A stretch of 28,433 bases of DNA. It comes from Candidatus Latescibacterota bacterium (lineage in GTDB: Bacteria; Latescibacterota; UBA2968; UBA8231). The translations under genes were made by a program, and so were the position numbers. The stretch spans positions 1-28,433 of the forward strand of contig CBDETK010000004.1 of NCBI GenBank assembly GCA_965242865.1, given 5' to 3'. Positions 1 through 8,700 of this stretch are shown in pieces (position 1 is the first letter of the stretch; each line of letters opens with the position of its first letter). The notes beneath the pieces were generated by a model. That model had not been told where the DNA came from, made no database searches, and worked only from the letters and a program-made list of their open reading frames with translations.

Positions 1-2
1 GT

Positions 3-311
3 ATCGAGGAGTTGGGTTTTGTCGGTGCATCTCAGTTCGGCGCGTTGGACGTGATGCAGGAGGAGTTGGAGGGCGGGCGGGATGTGAACATTTTGGATAA
101 CGGCGGGCAGACGGCGTTACATGCGGCGGCGGAGTTCGGCCACCTGGAGGGGGTCAAACTGTTGGTGGCGTGGGATGCGGACCTAACCATCGTGGATCGC
201 TGGGGCGACACGGCGCGGGATTGTGCGGCGGCGCAGGGGCATGCGGAGATCGTAGCGTTTTTGGAAGCCGCGGCGGTGCGGCGCGAGAAACAAACCCATT
301 TAAACTTTTGA
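3..311 (+). CDS. Ankyrin-repeat protein (probably 5'-truncated by the window edge)
   Basis: GQTALHAAAEFGHLEGVKLLV...D..IVDRWGDTARDCAAAQGHAEIVAFL matches the ankyrin consensus (G.TPLH.AA..GH..IV..LL). The frame is open from position 3. Confidence 0.9.
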   Translation: MEELGFVGASQFGALDVMQEELEGGRDVNILDNGGQTALHAAAEFGHLEGVKLLVAWDADLTIVDRWGDTARDCAAAQGHAEIVAFLEAAAVRREKQTHLNF

Positions 312-323
312 GGGGAAGTAACC

Positions 324-515
324 ATGGAAAAGAAACATATCACGACGGCGTTGGGTCCGGCGCAATTGGAGAAGTTGATGGCGCGGTGCTCCGAACTGAA
401 TGTCAAAATGTCGCCGCTTATCGCGATGATGATTGACATGGGGGGGTTGGATTTGCCCGGCTTGGAGGAGGCCGCGGCGGCCCACAATCGGTATCGCTGT
501 ATCCGCAAACGCTAA
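324..515 (+). CDS. Small putative ribbon-helix-helix DNA-binding protein (63 aa)
   Basis: GAGGGG RBS. N-terminal strand-like KHITTAL followed by two predicted helices. Its stop overlaps the methyltransferase start (TAATG). The fold is an inference. Confidence 0.55.
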   Translation: MEKKHITTALGPAQLEKLMARCSELNVKMSPLIAMMIDMGGLDLPGLEEAAAAHNRYRCIRKR

Positions 516-1321
516 TGCATGCTCGGTCGCCCCTTCTCTATGCCGGGGGTAAGAGCCGCGCATTAGATGTGTTGTTGCCGTACATCCCGCTGGGTCGTCG
601 GGTGGTCAGTCCGTTTATCGGCGGGGCCTCGTTGGAGTTGGCGCTGGCGGCGCGGGGGCAGGACGTGATTGGTTACGACATTTTTGACCCGCTCGTGAAT
701 TTCTGGCAACAGGCGCTGTGCCGTGCATCCGAGATGGCGCAGGTTATTCGGGCGCAATGGGGGTACGTACTCAGCCGGCCCCATTTTAAGCTGTTGGAAC
801 GCATTACTCCCGCTTGGGAGGATATTGATCCGTTTTCGGCGGCGGTGATGTTTTGGGTGCTCAACCGGCATTCGTTTGGCGGCGTGATGTTCAATTACGG
901 CAGTCGGGCTACCAAAAGGGCTTCTTCGGTATGCGCGGCAACCAAGAAACTGGAGCAGTTTGCAGAAAAACGGTTGAGTGTGCGGTTGGGGTGTTTTTCG
1001 GAAAGCATCCCCAACCACCCCAACGATTTTCTATATCTTGACCCGCCCTATGCCGAGGTGGGCCGAGAAAATTATTACGGCATGAACGGCACACTCCACA
1101 AACAATTTGATCATCGCGGCTTGGCATCCCTGTTGCGCCACCGCGGCGATTGGGTGCTGTCTTATAATGACTGCCCGTTGGTACGCGAACTGTATGCCGA
1201 TTGCACTATAGACATCTTACATTGGATGTATAGTATGAATCATAATAGAAAATCAAACGAGGTGTTGATTCGCCCACCGGGCAGCCGGGATGTCGGATTA
1301 CAAGCCTCCTTTGATTTTTAA
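515..1321 (+). CDS. dam: DNA adenine methyltransferase, Dam/D12 class
   Basis: SPLLYAGGKS N-terminal motif, SPFIGGAS (SAM-binding motif I), FLYLDPPY (catalytic motif IV), WVLSYND, NEVLI. The recognition site cannot be determined from sequence. Confidence 0.93.
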   Translation: MHARSPLLYAGGKSRALDVLLPYIPLGRRVVSPFIGGASLELALAARGQDVIGYDIFDPLVNFWQQALCRASEMAQVIRAQWGYVLSRPHFKLLERITPAWEDIDPFSAAVMFWVLNRHSFGGVMFNYGSRATKRASSVCAATKKLEQFAEKRLSVRLGCFSESIPNHPNDFLYLDPPYAEVGRENYYGMNGTLHKQFDHRGLASLLRHRGDWVLSYNDCPLVRELYADCTIDILHWMYSMNHNRKSNEVLIRPPGSRDVGLQASFDF

Positions 1322-1360
1322 TTGCAAAACGTAAAAAAAAAGTGTTTTGGTTTCTTTTTT

Positions 1361-1373
1361 TTACGTATATTCT
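1361..1373 (+). promoter_or_regulatory. Putative promoter -10 region (TTACGTATATTCT) after a T-tract
   Basis: Variant of the CTTCGTATATTA motif found at three other intergenic sites; lies in an AT-rich gap. Confidence 0.55.
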
Positions 1374-1441
1374 GGTAGTCATAAAACGTACCTACTCAAA
1401 CGCTCGGATAGGCCGGGATGTTGGGTGTGGGACCAGCGCAA

Positions 1442-1476
1442 CGCAAAACGCAAAGCGCAAAGCGCAAAACGCAAAA
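1442..1476 (+). repeat. Five tandem CGCAAA[A/G] heptamers abutting the RBS
   Basis: cgcaaaa cgcaaag cgcaaag cgcaaaa cgcaaaa, then GGAG (1477-1480) and ATG at 1488. Confidence 0.9.
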
Positions 1477-1487
1477 GGAGAAGCATT

Positions 1488-2157
1488 ATGCAAGAGCAGG
1501 AGCAGTGGCAGACCGCCGAATACAAATGGGCCAAGCTGAAGGAGCCTGGCGATTTTATTGAGGGGCGGCTGGCTGATTTTGATTACGAGGCCGGCGAGAC
1601 GATGTATGACAAGGTAACCCCGTGTGGGTTCCTGGATCTGTTCAATAGCAGCACGGGCTTGGTGACGCGGTTGGATCTCTCGAAAAAGCAAATTTTGGAG
1701 CCGTTCAAGGCGTCGCAGCCCGTGCGTGGGCGCAAGTATCGGATCACGTTTGTCGAGAAGCGCGAGTCCCAGCGTACCACGGGGGCCAAATGGAATTACT
1801 ACACGGTTCAGTTTGTGCCCGGCTCGGAGCATGATGAGGAGGCGTTGGTGGATGCGGTGCCGGAGGCCGAGCCGCAGCCGGCGACGCCGCCGGCGACGCC
1901 GCCGGCACCCCAGCCGGCCTCTCAGCAGACTCAGTCGGCTGAGTACTTGACGTCGGAGGAGCAGCGCAATCTGGCGAATTGGTGCGAGAAGCAATGCGAG
2001 TTCGGGTGCTCTGACGGTCGATGAGTTGGAGTTCGCGCAGGTGACAAACCTTATCGACGTGTCAAAGGCGGACCCGATCTTGCGGGAGAGCGCGGACCAG
2101 TTCGTCGCGGCCTTGAAGAAGGAGATCGACAAGAAAAAGGACGATCTGCCGTACTAG
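1488..2157 (+). CDS. Putative phage ssDNA-binding protein, split by a +1 frameshift near 2004-2006
   Basis: AAGGAG RBS + ATG 1488. Aromatic-rich beta N-domain and Pro/Ala linker. The first frame stops at 2024; the +1 frame continues to ...KKKDDLPY* (2157), resembling the SSB acidic tail DDIPF. Confidence 0.6.
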
Positions 2158-2168
2158 TGTTGTACCCT

Positions 2169-2205
2169 GCATCTCTCACGGGGTGAGTTGGGAGTGGATT
2201 GAAAT
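2169..2205 (+). repeat. Solitary CRISPR-repeat-like unit 1
   Basis: GCATCTCTCACGGGGTGAGTTGGGAGTGGATTGAAAT: stem CTCTCA/TGGGAG plus 3' GTGGATTGAAAT; intergenic. Confidence 0.75.
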
Positions 2206-2219
2206 TGGCTTGTGTTCCC

Positions 2220-2247
2220 GTGTGGCCAGCCAAGCGGCTGGCCACAC
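2220..2247 (+). other. Perfect 12-bp hairpin downstream of repeat unit 1
   Basis: GTGTGGCCAGCC-AAGC-GGCTGGCCACAC; no U-tract follows. Confidence 0.8.
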
Positions 2248-2267
2248 CGCACTCAAGGGAGGCTATC

Positions 2268-3263
2268 ATGGCCCAAAAAAAACGAAAGCAACATCGGTAT
2301 GACATAGGCGCGGGGGGGGCGGCGGATGGGGCGACCTTGCGTGCTCGTTGGAAGCTCGGCAGCATCACGGCGGCTATTCGTCAGGCGTTGGCGCGGTCGG
2401 TGGCGGACGACCCTCCGGTGGCGGATGTAGCGGCGCTGGTGGCGGACGTAGAGTCGGCCAAAGAGGTTTTGTGGCGCGCGGTGCCCCCCGTGGGGCATGG
2501 GCGCGAGGCCCTCCTGCTGGCAGACCATTGTCGTATTGCCGTCGCGGATCTGGTCGATTACAAACGTCGGCTCCAGGCTATTTCGAATTCGTATGCGAAG
2601 TTGGAGGCGGATCGCGACGGGTACAAGCGGTCGCTTGCGGAGTGCGCTTCGGAGCGCGATGGGATGCAGGAGACCGTGCTCACCCTCCGGGCGGAGCGCG
2701 ATGCGTTGCAGGAGGATGTGGCAACCCTTAGGGATCGGATACGCGAGATGGAGGAGGTGCATCATAATACGGTGGAAGCGCAAACGGCGTTGCGGCGGGA
2801 GGCGCTGGCGACTCTCGTTGAGGCGGGGTTGTGCGACCGTGATACGATGCCGCTGCAGGCGGGTGTCAACCAAGCCAGAGACCGGTTCCACAGGGTGCGC
2901 GAGGATGTCAAAGCGCTGGAGGCCCATATAGACGCCTTGAAAGCGCGGGAGAAAGAGCGCAACGACCACTTCGAAAAGTCCCAGCGGGAGGCGGTGCAGG
3001 CTCTCGTAGAGGCGGGGTTGTGCGATGAGTGGAAGGCTGTCGATACGCTGAGCGCCAAAATAGCCCAAGCGGTGGAAAATTATCAGTGGTCTGTTACGAA
3101 TTGGGGGCGTCTCCAGGACGACCGCGACCGTATCAAGCGACAGGCCGAACGGGACGTAGAAAGCGCCCGGGTGCGTTGGATGATGTGGACGTGTCTGTCC
3201 TTTGCGGCGGGCGCGTCGTTGGCGGTGCTGGCTCTGGTGGCGTTCGGGGGCTTTTGGCAGTAA
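2268..3263 (+). CDS. Coiled-coil protein with a C-terminal transmembrane helix
   Basis: GGGAGG RBS + ATG 2268. Long heptad-like E/R/L/A-rich region, internal repeat REA...LVEAGLCD x2, hydrophobic C-terminus (WMMWTCLSFAAGASLAVLALVAFGGFW). Confidence 0.8.
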   Translation: MAQKKRKQHRYDIGAGGAADGATLRARWKLGSITAAIRQALARSVADDPPVADVAALVADVESAKEVLWRAVPPVGHGREALLLADHCRIAVADLVDYKRRLQAISNSYAKLEADRDGYKRSLAECASERDGMQETVLTLRAERDALQEDVATLRDRIREMEEVHHNTVEAQTALRREALATLVEAGLCDRDTMPLQAGVNQARDRFHRVREDVKALEAHIDALKAREKERNDHFEKSQREAVQALVEAGLCDEWKAVDTLSAKIAQAVENYQWSVTNWGRLQDDRDRIKRQAERDVESARVRWMMWTCLSFAAGASLAVLALVAFGGFWQ

Positions 3264-3394
3264 AAACAGGGCGCGGCTTGGTGTGGGAACCGTTCCCAAT
3301 CAGCGCGGCGTTTCGTCTCTCTAAAGGAGCCGGATTATCCGCGTCGCGGTCTAAAGGTCACCGGGCCGCGCCCACTAACCGAAGGAGAGGAATC

Positions 3395-3907
3395 ATGTTG
3401 TTGGATGAAAAGCAGTTGGAGGATTTGAAGCAGGAACAAGCGGAGCACGAGGCGGAGCTGGCTCCGGTACGGGAACGGTTGCTCGAAGCCCGTGCGCAGT
3501 TGGCGGAGGCGTCGGAGGGGATCCGCACCCGTCGGGACATGGAGCCGCGCCGTGCGGCGTTACCCTTTTTGTGTCGGCGCAACGAGTTGGAGTTGGAGTA
3601 TGACCGCGTGAAAGCCCAGTTGGATCGGGTGGCCGTGAAGATCGATCTGGGCAGTAACCCGCATTTGTTCCCTCTCAGGCCGGACGAACCGGAACATTAT
3701 ATGCTCGTTTGGGAGACGACCCTCCACGAGCAGGTGTGGGTGCGGCGCGATGCGCCTATCGACGATCTGCCGCCCACGGTCCGCGAGAGTTTCCGAAATC
3801 GGCTATTAGATGAGGAGCAGAAACGCGAGGCGGCGGAGGGCCGCCCCACCTACCAGGCTACGAACTACTGGGCCGGCGAGGAGGAGGATGACGAAGATGA
3901 AGACTAA
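3395..3907 (+). CDS. Hypothetical protein (N-terminal coiled coil, acidic tail)
   Basis: AAGGAGAGG RBS + ATG 3395; protein-like composition; operon context. Confidence 0.75.
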   Translation: MLLDEKQLEDLKQEQAEHEAELAPVRERLLEARAQLAEASEGIRTRRDMEPRRAALPFLCRRNELELEYDRVKAQLDRVAVKIDLGSNPHLFPLRPDEPEHYMLVWETTLHEQVWVRRDAPIDDLPPTVRESFRNRLLDEEQKREAAEGRPTYQATNYWAGEEEDDEDED

Positions 3908-4268
3908 GACCGAACAACCGTTCGCGCCTATGCGTAAGGGGCAGGTCATTGCGGTGGCTCGGGTCTGGTGGGACGAGGCGGAGGTGGTCTGGGGGTTTAC
4001 GCTCGCCCGGGTGGTGCGTACCAATCGCGAGGGGTTTGTGACGCACTTCGTCTTGAGCACGCGGGACGGGTTCCCCGATGCAACGCCGCGCAAGGCGACC
4101 CAAGGCAACACGCTGGGCATTACCGCGTGTTATGATATTGGGTGGGGCGCTCAGTCGGTGGGCGACCGCTTAGCGGGCGTCGTCTGGCCCAATCTCAAGG
4201 CGGCGCGGAAGGCGATCCGTGCGGCGTATGACGACCTGCCCCCACCGGAAAAAGGAGACCTAGCATGA
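3897..4268 (+). CDS. Hypothetical protein
   Basis: GGAGG upstream of ATG 3897 (3888 is an alternative start); overlaps the previous stop. Confidence 0.7.
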   Translation: MKTKTEQPFAPMRKGQVIAVARVWWDEAEVVWGFTLARVVRTNREGFVTHFVLSTRDGFPDATPRKATQGNTLGITACYDIGWGAQSVGDRLAGVVWPNLKAARKAIRAAYDDLPPPEKGDLA

Positions 4269-4292
4269 CCGAGCGCCGTAGCGTAGTAGCCT

Positions 4293-4329
4293 GTATCTCC
4301 CGCGGGCTGAGTCGGGAGTGGATTGAAAC
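4293..4329 (+). repeat. Solitary CRISPR-repeat-like unit 2
   Basis: GTATCTCCCGCGGGCTGAGTCGGGAGTGGATTGAAAC (37 nt); stem CTCCCG/CGGGAG. Confidence 0.8.
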
Positions 4330-4331
4330 CG

Positions 4332-4787
4332 ATGAGTAAGCCTACGCGCGGTCGGTCCCGCAGCCCCGTGTCCCGCGGCGAGCATGATGACCAGATACGG
4401 GCGTTGTATGAACGTGGCTACACCCACGCTGAGATCGCGGAGCGGGTTTGTTCAAACCGTACGACGGTCAGCTATCGGATCAAGGCGTTGGAGCTTACGC
4501 GGCCGGCGGGACCTCCCCGTCGGCCGCGCATCATCACGAGGCGCGGGAAGCTGAAGTCTGGGGCCTACGACAAGGCCGCCTATGACCCACACAAACGCCT
4601 CGCGGCGGATATATTGGCTCCCTTGTGTGAGGTTGCGAAATACGAACCAGACAGCAACGAGGGACGTCTGGCGCGCACCCAACTGCGTTGGGCGATGGGT
4701 ACTATCGAGTTGAACATCATTGGAGCGTGCATTACAATACTGGATGTGGAGCGGCAAGTCGCTGAAATTTTAACGAAGGAGGAGTAG
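4332..4787 (+). CDS. Helix-turn-helix DNA-binding protein
   Basis: IRALYERGYTHAEIAERVCSNRTTVSYRIKAL is a typical HTH pattern. Confidence 0.8.
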   Translation: MSKPTRGRSRSPVSRGEHDDQIRALYERGYTHAEIAERVCSNRTTVSYRIKALELTRPAGPPRRPRIITRRGKLKSGAYDKAAYDPHKRLAADILAPLCEVAKYEPDSNEGRLARTQLRWAMGTIELNIIGACITILDVERQVAEILTKEE

Positions 4788-5261
4788 ATGAACAAACCAC
4801 TCAAACGAATGCTCGATCAGCACACCGCACGGGTTGGTGAGGCTATTCAGTCCCTCGAGGATAAGCTCGCCCAAGCCAAGGGGGCGGCACATGCGGTTAG
4901 AGCTCGAAGGAGAACGAAACGCTACGCGAGGAACAACAAACGGCTGACACAGCAACTTGAGGCGGCCCGACGCTACGGGCTAATGGCAGCCAGTATGAAT
5001 AATCCGCACGTGTGGGTGCAACATTACGACGGCATGGCCGGTCGTTTTTTCAAGCAATACGCCAAACGGGCTCGTTGCGCCCTGGTGATCTCCCGAAAGA
5101 CCATGTTCACCGCGGGAAGAAAGGGCGGACGTGGTTTGCGCGTATCAGCCACGGGGCGGGGGGGGCGGTGCCCTATCGACGGGACCCCGATTCCAGTTGC
5201 GATGTCATATACCAATCGGGCTTTGACGACGCCCGAAGCGGCGATGTTGTGGAGCGGATAA
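4788..5261 (+). CDS. Hypothetical basic protein
   Basis: AGGAGG RBS; ATG directly after the previous stop. Confidence 0.7.
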   Translation: MNKPLKRMLDQHTARVGEAIQSLEDKLAQAKGAAHAVRARRRTKRYARNNKRLTQQLEAARRYGLMAASMNNPHVWVQHYDGMAGRFFKQYAKRARCALVISRKTMFTAGRKGGRGLRVSATGRGGRCPIDGTPIPVAMSYTNRALTTPEAAMLWSG

Positions 5262-5321
5262 TCAAGTAGCAGCGATCGACAACCTAATAACCAACCAACA
5301 AACCCAACGGAGGAAGTGAAG

Positions 5322-5492
5322 ATGAACGAGCAACATGAAGCGATGGAGCAAGCGCAGGACGATGCCAAGAGCGATGCGTCCCATGAGGGCGTCCGTATGC
5401 AGAACGCGCACGGCGGCGAGCTGGTGATCAACGAAGGGCTGGTGATGTACCGAAAAGTGCTTTGGGCGTTGCCCGAGCGCAAGACGCCGTAG
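5322..5492 (+). CDS. Small hypothetical protein (56 aa; not in the ORF track)
   Basis: A/C-rich leader and GGAGG RBS; MNEQHEAMEQ...LWALPERKTP*. GTG 5316 is an alternative start. Confidence 0.6.
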   Translation: MNEQHEAMEQAQDDAKSDASHEGVRMQNAHGGELVINEGLVMYRKVLWALPERKTP

Positions 5493-5511
5493 CGTAGTAG
5501 CGTAGGATCCT

Positions 5512-5584
5512 GTGTCTCCCGCGGGGTGAGTTGGGAGTGGATTGAGTAGTATTTCTCTCCAAATTTTGGAGAGTGGATTGAAAT
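5512..5584 (+). repeat. Two adjacent CRISPR-repeat-like units (3 and 4) of different types
   Basis: GTGTCTCCCGCGGGGTGAGTTGGGAGTGGATTGA (5512-5545) and ATTTCTCTCCAAATTTTGGAGAGTGGATTGAAAT (5551-5584; 8-bp stem CTCTCCAA/TTGGAGAG). Confidence 0.75.
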
Positions 5585-5641
5585 TGGAACAAGACGTGCT
5601 GGCGCGTGCCCTGCGGCGGCTATCGGATTGAACCCTCACCC

Positions 5642-5682
5642 CAACGCCCCTGTATCGCCTTCTGAGCGGCACAGGGGCGTTG
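5642..5682. terminator. Strong hairpin between the convergent early and late operons
   Basis: CAACGCCCCTGT...ACAGGGGCGTTG 12-bp inverted repeat. There is no clear U-tract, so terminator function is inferred from position. Confidence 0.55.
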
Positions 5683-5736
5683 CTATGCTATGACGCCAGT
5701 GGGCGTCCCCCAGCGCGACACGGGGCATCCGGGGCG

Positions 5737-8700
5737 CTAATCGACCACTTGGAACGTGAGCGGCATATAGATTGTTTCTGTGCCGTCCGACGCGATCAGC
5801 ACCGCCGGCCGGGGGTATAGGTCGGCGGTGCTTTGTGCGTTGGCCGACAACTGAAAGACGTTGCGCGCTAAGGTGACACTGCGGGCTATTTGCACCGGGC
5901 AGCCCGTCGTGTACGCAAAGCGTAGCGTGTAGGTGATCGTACGCCCCGCCACCGTGCTGGCATACGAGAAGTCCGCATTAGCGGTCTGTCGTTGCGTTCC
6001 GCGTGTCCCCTCATTGAACACCACAAAGTTGCGCGTCCCTTTCTTGATGGGATAGAAGGTCTGCGCGGGGATGCCCGAGGCGTTCGGTAGCTCATACGCC
6101 CACGTCAGGTTATTGGCGGCGGCCGTGGACGGCTGCACAAACGTCTTGAGGGTGCTTAGCTTGACGAAGCGGTTGGGGTCGCCGCTGGTGCTCTCATCGC
6201 TGACGACCATGCGGTCATCATCGTGCAGGGTCGTTAGCTCGGTGGTGACGTCATCGTGCAGGTCGAACGGGTCGGCGGTGGGTGTGCTACCCGTGCCAAT
6301 GAACGCCTTGAGCGTTGCCAGCGTAACATACCGGGTAGGGTCGCCGCTGGCCGACTCGTCGCTCACCACCATGCGGTCGTCGTTGTGTAAGGTGGTTAGT
6401 TGCGTCGTAACGTCGTCATGCAGGTCAAAGGCGTACCGATTATCAAGGGCCTGCAAGGTGATAAAGCGATTGGGCTGGTTGGCCGCCGACACGTCGGCCA
6501 CCACGAACTTGTCGAGCGGGTCTAAGCCCGAGCCGACCAACTGGGTGGGTACATCGATGTTGAGATGGAACCCCGGAACGTTCGCCCACTGACCTGTGTT
6601 GTTGACATACTGGAGCCTGCGGGACCTACTGCTATAGAAGGCATTGCCTTGTGTTCGAAAAAGCAAGTAACTCGCGAGAGAACCAACCGCCACATAGCGG
6701 TTGGGGTCACCTGATACGGACTCGTCACTAATAAGCATCCGATCCTCAGCATGTAAGGATGAGATAGCCGTGGTTACATCGTCATGCAAGTCAAACGAAC
6801 CGCCGCCACTGCTTAGGCCCGCTGTGAAGAACGTCTTGAGGGTGCTGAGGGTGACGTAGCGGTTCGGGTCGCCCGACGCCCCCTCGTCGCTAACCAACAT
6901 CCTATCGTCGTTATGCAGGGACGGAATGACCGTGGTAACGTCATCATGCAGGTCAAAATTCTTTAGCCCCGCCGTTATGAACGTCTTGAGGGTGCTGAGG
7001 GTGACGTAGCGGTTCGGGTCGCGGCTGGCCGACTCATCGCTTACAACCATGCGGTCGTCGTTGTGCAAGGTGGTTAGTTGCGTAGTAACGTCATCATGCA
7101 GGTCAAACGAGAAGAATAACTTGAGGGCGCCTAACGCGACATAGCGGTTCGGGTCGCCCACGAGCGACTCATCGCTAATCAACATCCTATCATCATTGTG
7201 CAGGGCCTGAATGACCGTGGTAACATCATCGTGCAAATCAAAATTGCCGCCGCCACTACTTAACCCCGCCGTGAAGAATGTCTTGAGGCTTGCCAACGTG
7301 ACATAGCGGTTCGGGTCGCCGCTTTCCGACTCATCGCTAATCAGCATCCGATCCTCATCGGCCAACGCCGCCGCCACCGTACTCACATCATCATGCAGGT
7401 CAAACGGGTCCGCCACAAACGTCTTGAGGGTTGCCAGCGTGACGTAGCGGTTCGGATCGCCACTAACTGATTCGTCGCTGATTAACATCCGGTCGCTGTT
7501 GTTCAGCGTTGTTAGTTGCGTAGTAACGTCATCATGCAGGTCAAACGCGAAGAACGGCTTGAGGCTTGCCAACGTGACATAGCGGTTCGGGTCGCCGCTT
7601 TCTGACTCATCGCTAATCAGCATCCGATCCTCATCGGCCAACGCCGCCGCGACCGTACTCACATCATCATGTAGGTCAAACGTCTCCACCGCCGGGACCG
7701 CCACATCCTCCCAACTATCTCCATCGTAGTATTCAAGATTGGACGGCGACGTGTTATCGTAGCGTACGTCATTCGCCGCCACGGGCAACTCAGTAACTGC
7801 CACATCCTCCCATTCGGCCATCGCCGTATAGCGTTCCAACTTGGACGGGCTAGTACGCGCATAGCGTATGTCGCCAGCCCGTGGGTCGCGCACGGGCACG
7901 TTCTGCCAAGCCGTGCCACTCCAATACTCAAGGGATGTTTCGCTGGAGGAGTCATAGCGCACATCGCCGCCCCCCGTGGTAACATCCACTTCAATAGGTA
8001 GGCTTATGCTCTCGTTGCCGCTGGTCGCTATCCACGTGAACGACACCACTTGCTCTGTCGAGGGAGCAGGGGCATTGATGGTAACAGCACCCGTCATTAA
8101 GTCCACGTCTAACCACGTAGGGAGCTCCATCGTGCTATATGCAATAGCGGCCATATCCACGGTGGAGACCGCCACGGGCAACACCGGCGAGAGCGGTGCT
8201 GTGACGGGCCGCCCCGCCTCAGCACGAAAACGCCGCGCGCCCGCCGTAGCCCATGTAAGCGTCGCGGCCGGGGCAACGGTCACATCGTCAATAGCAACAT
8301 AGATAGGCAAGCATATCGCCTCGTCGCCGCTCGTGGCGATCCATACAAACGACTCCGGCCCTTCGGGCGCATCCGCGATAGCCGTTACAATGCGAGTGGT
8401 AAGGTCCACACTGAGCCAGCTTGGAACATCGACCGCTGTATAGACGATAGACGCGCCGCTGGTCGTAGAGGATGCTTGAGGTAACGTGGGCGTTACCGGG
8501 TCTAACACACGGCTGCCCTCAACAATATCAATACGACGGGTGCCGCCCGCTTGGAAGGTGAGCTCGGCAGCAGGAACCGTGCCGGTTATAATTACGGGAG
8601 AAGTGGTAAGCCGTATTAGATTATCAGTAATAATATGGCCGCTAAGTAAAAAATTGAGGAGATTATATGAACTGTCTCTTCCATACCAACCGACTGAATC

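Noticed and set aside
2253-3299. Long antisense ORFs (e.g. 2253-3299 -, 1392-2132 -, 19358-20179 +, 14905-15549 +)
   Set aside because: Shadow frames of well-supported genes in GC-rich DNA, with low-complexity Arg/Pro/Ala-rich translations.
4337-4349. 13-mer TAAGCCTACGCGC after repeat unit 2 also found near 26594-26606 (- strand)
   Set aside because: Does not extend; several 13-mer coincidences are expected in a GC-rich 28 kb window.
5613-5626. GCGGCGGCTATCGG resembling the 3' end of spacer 1
   Set aside because: Short GC-rich similarity only; the rest of the two segments does not align.
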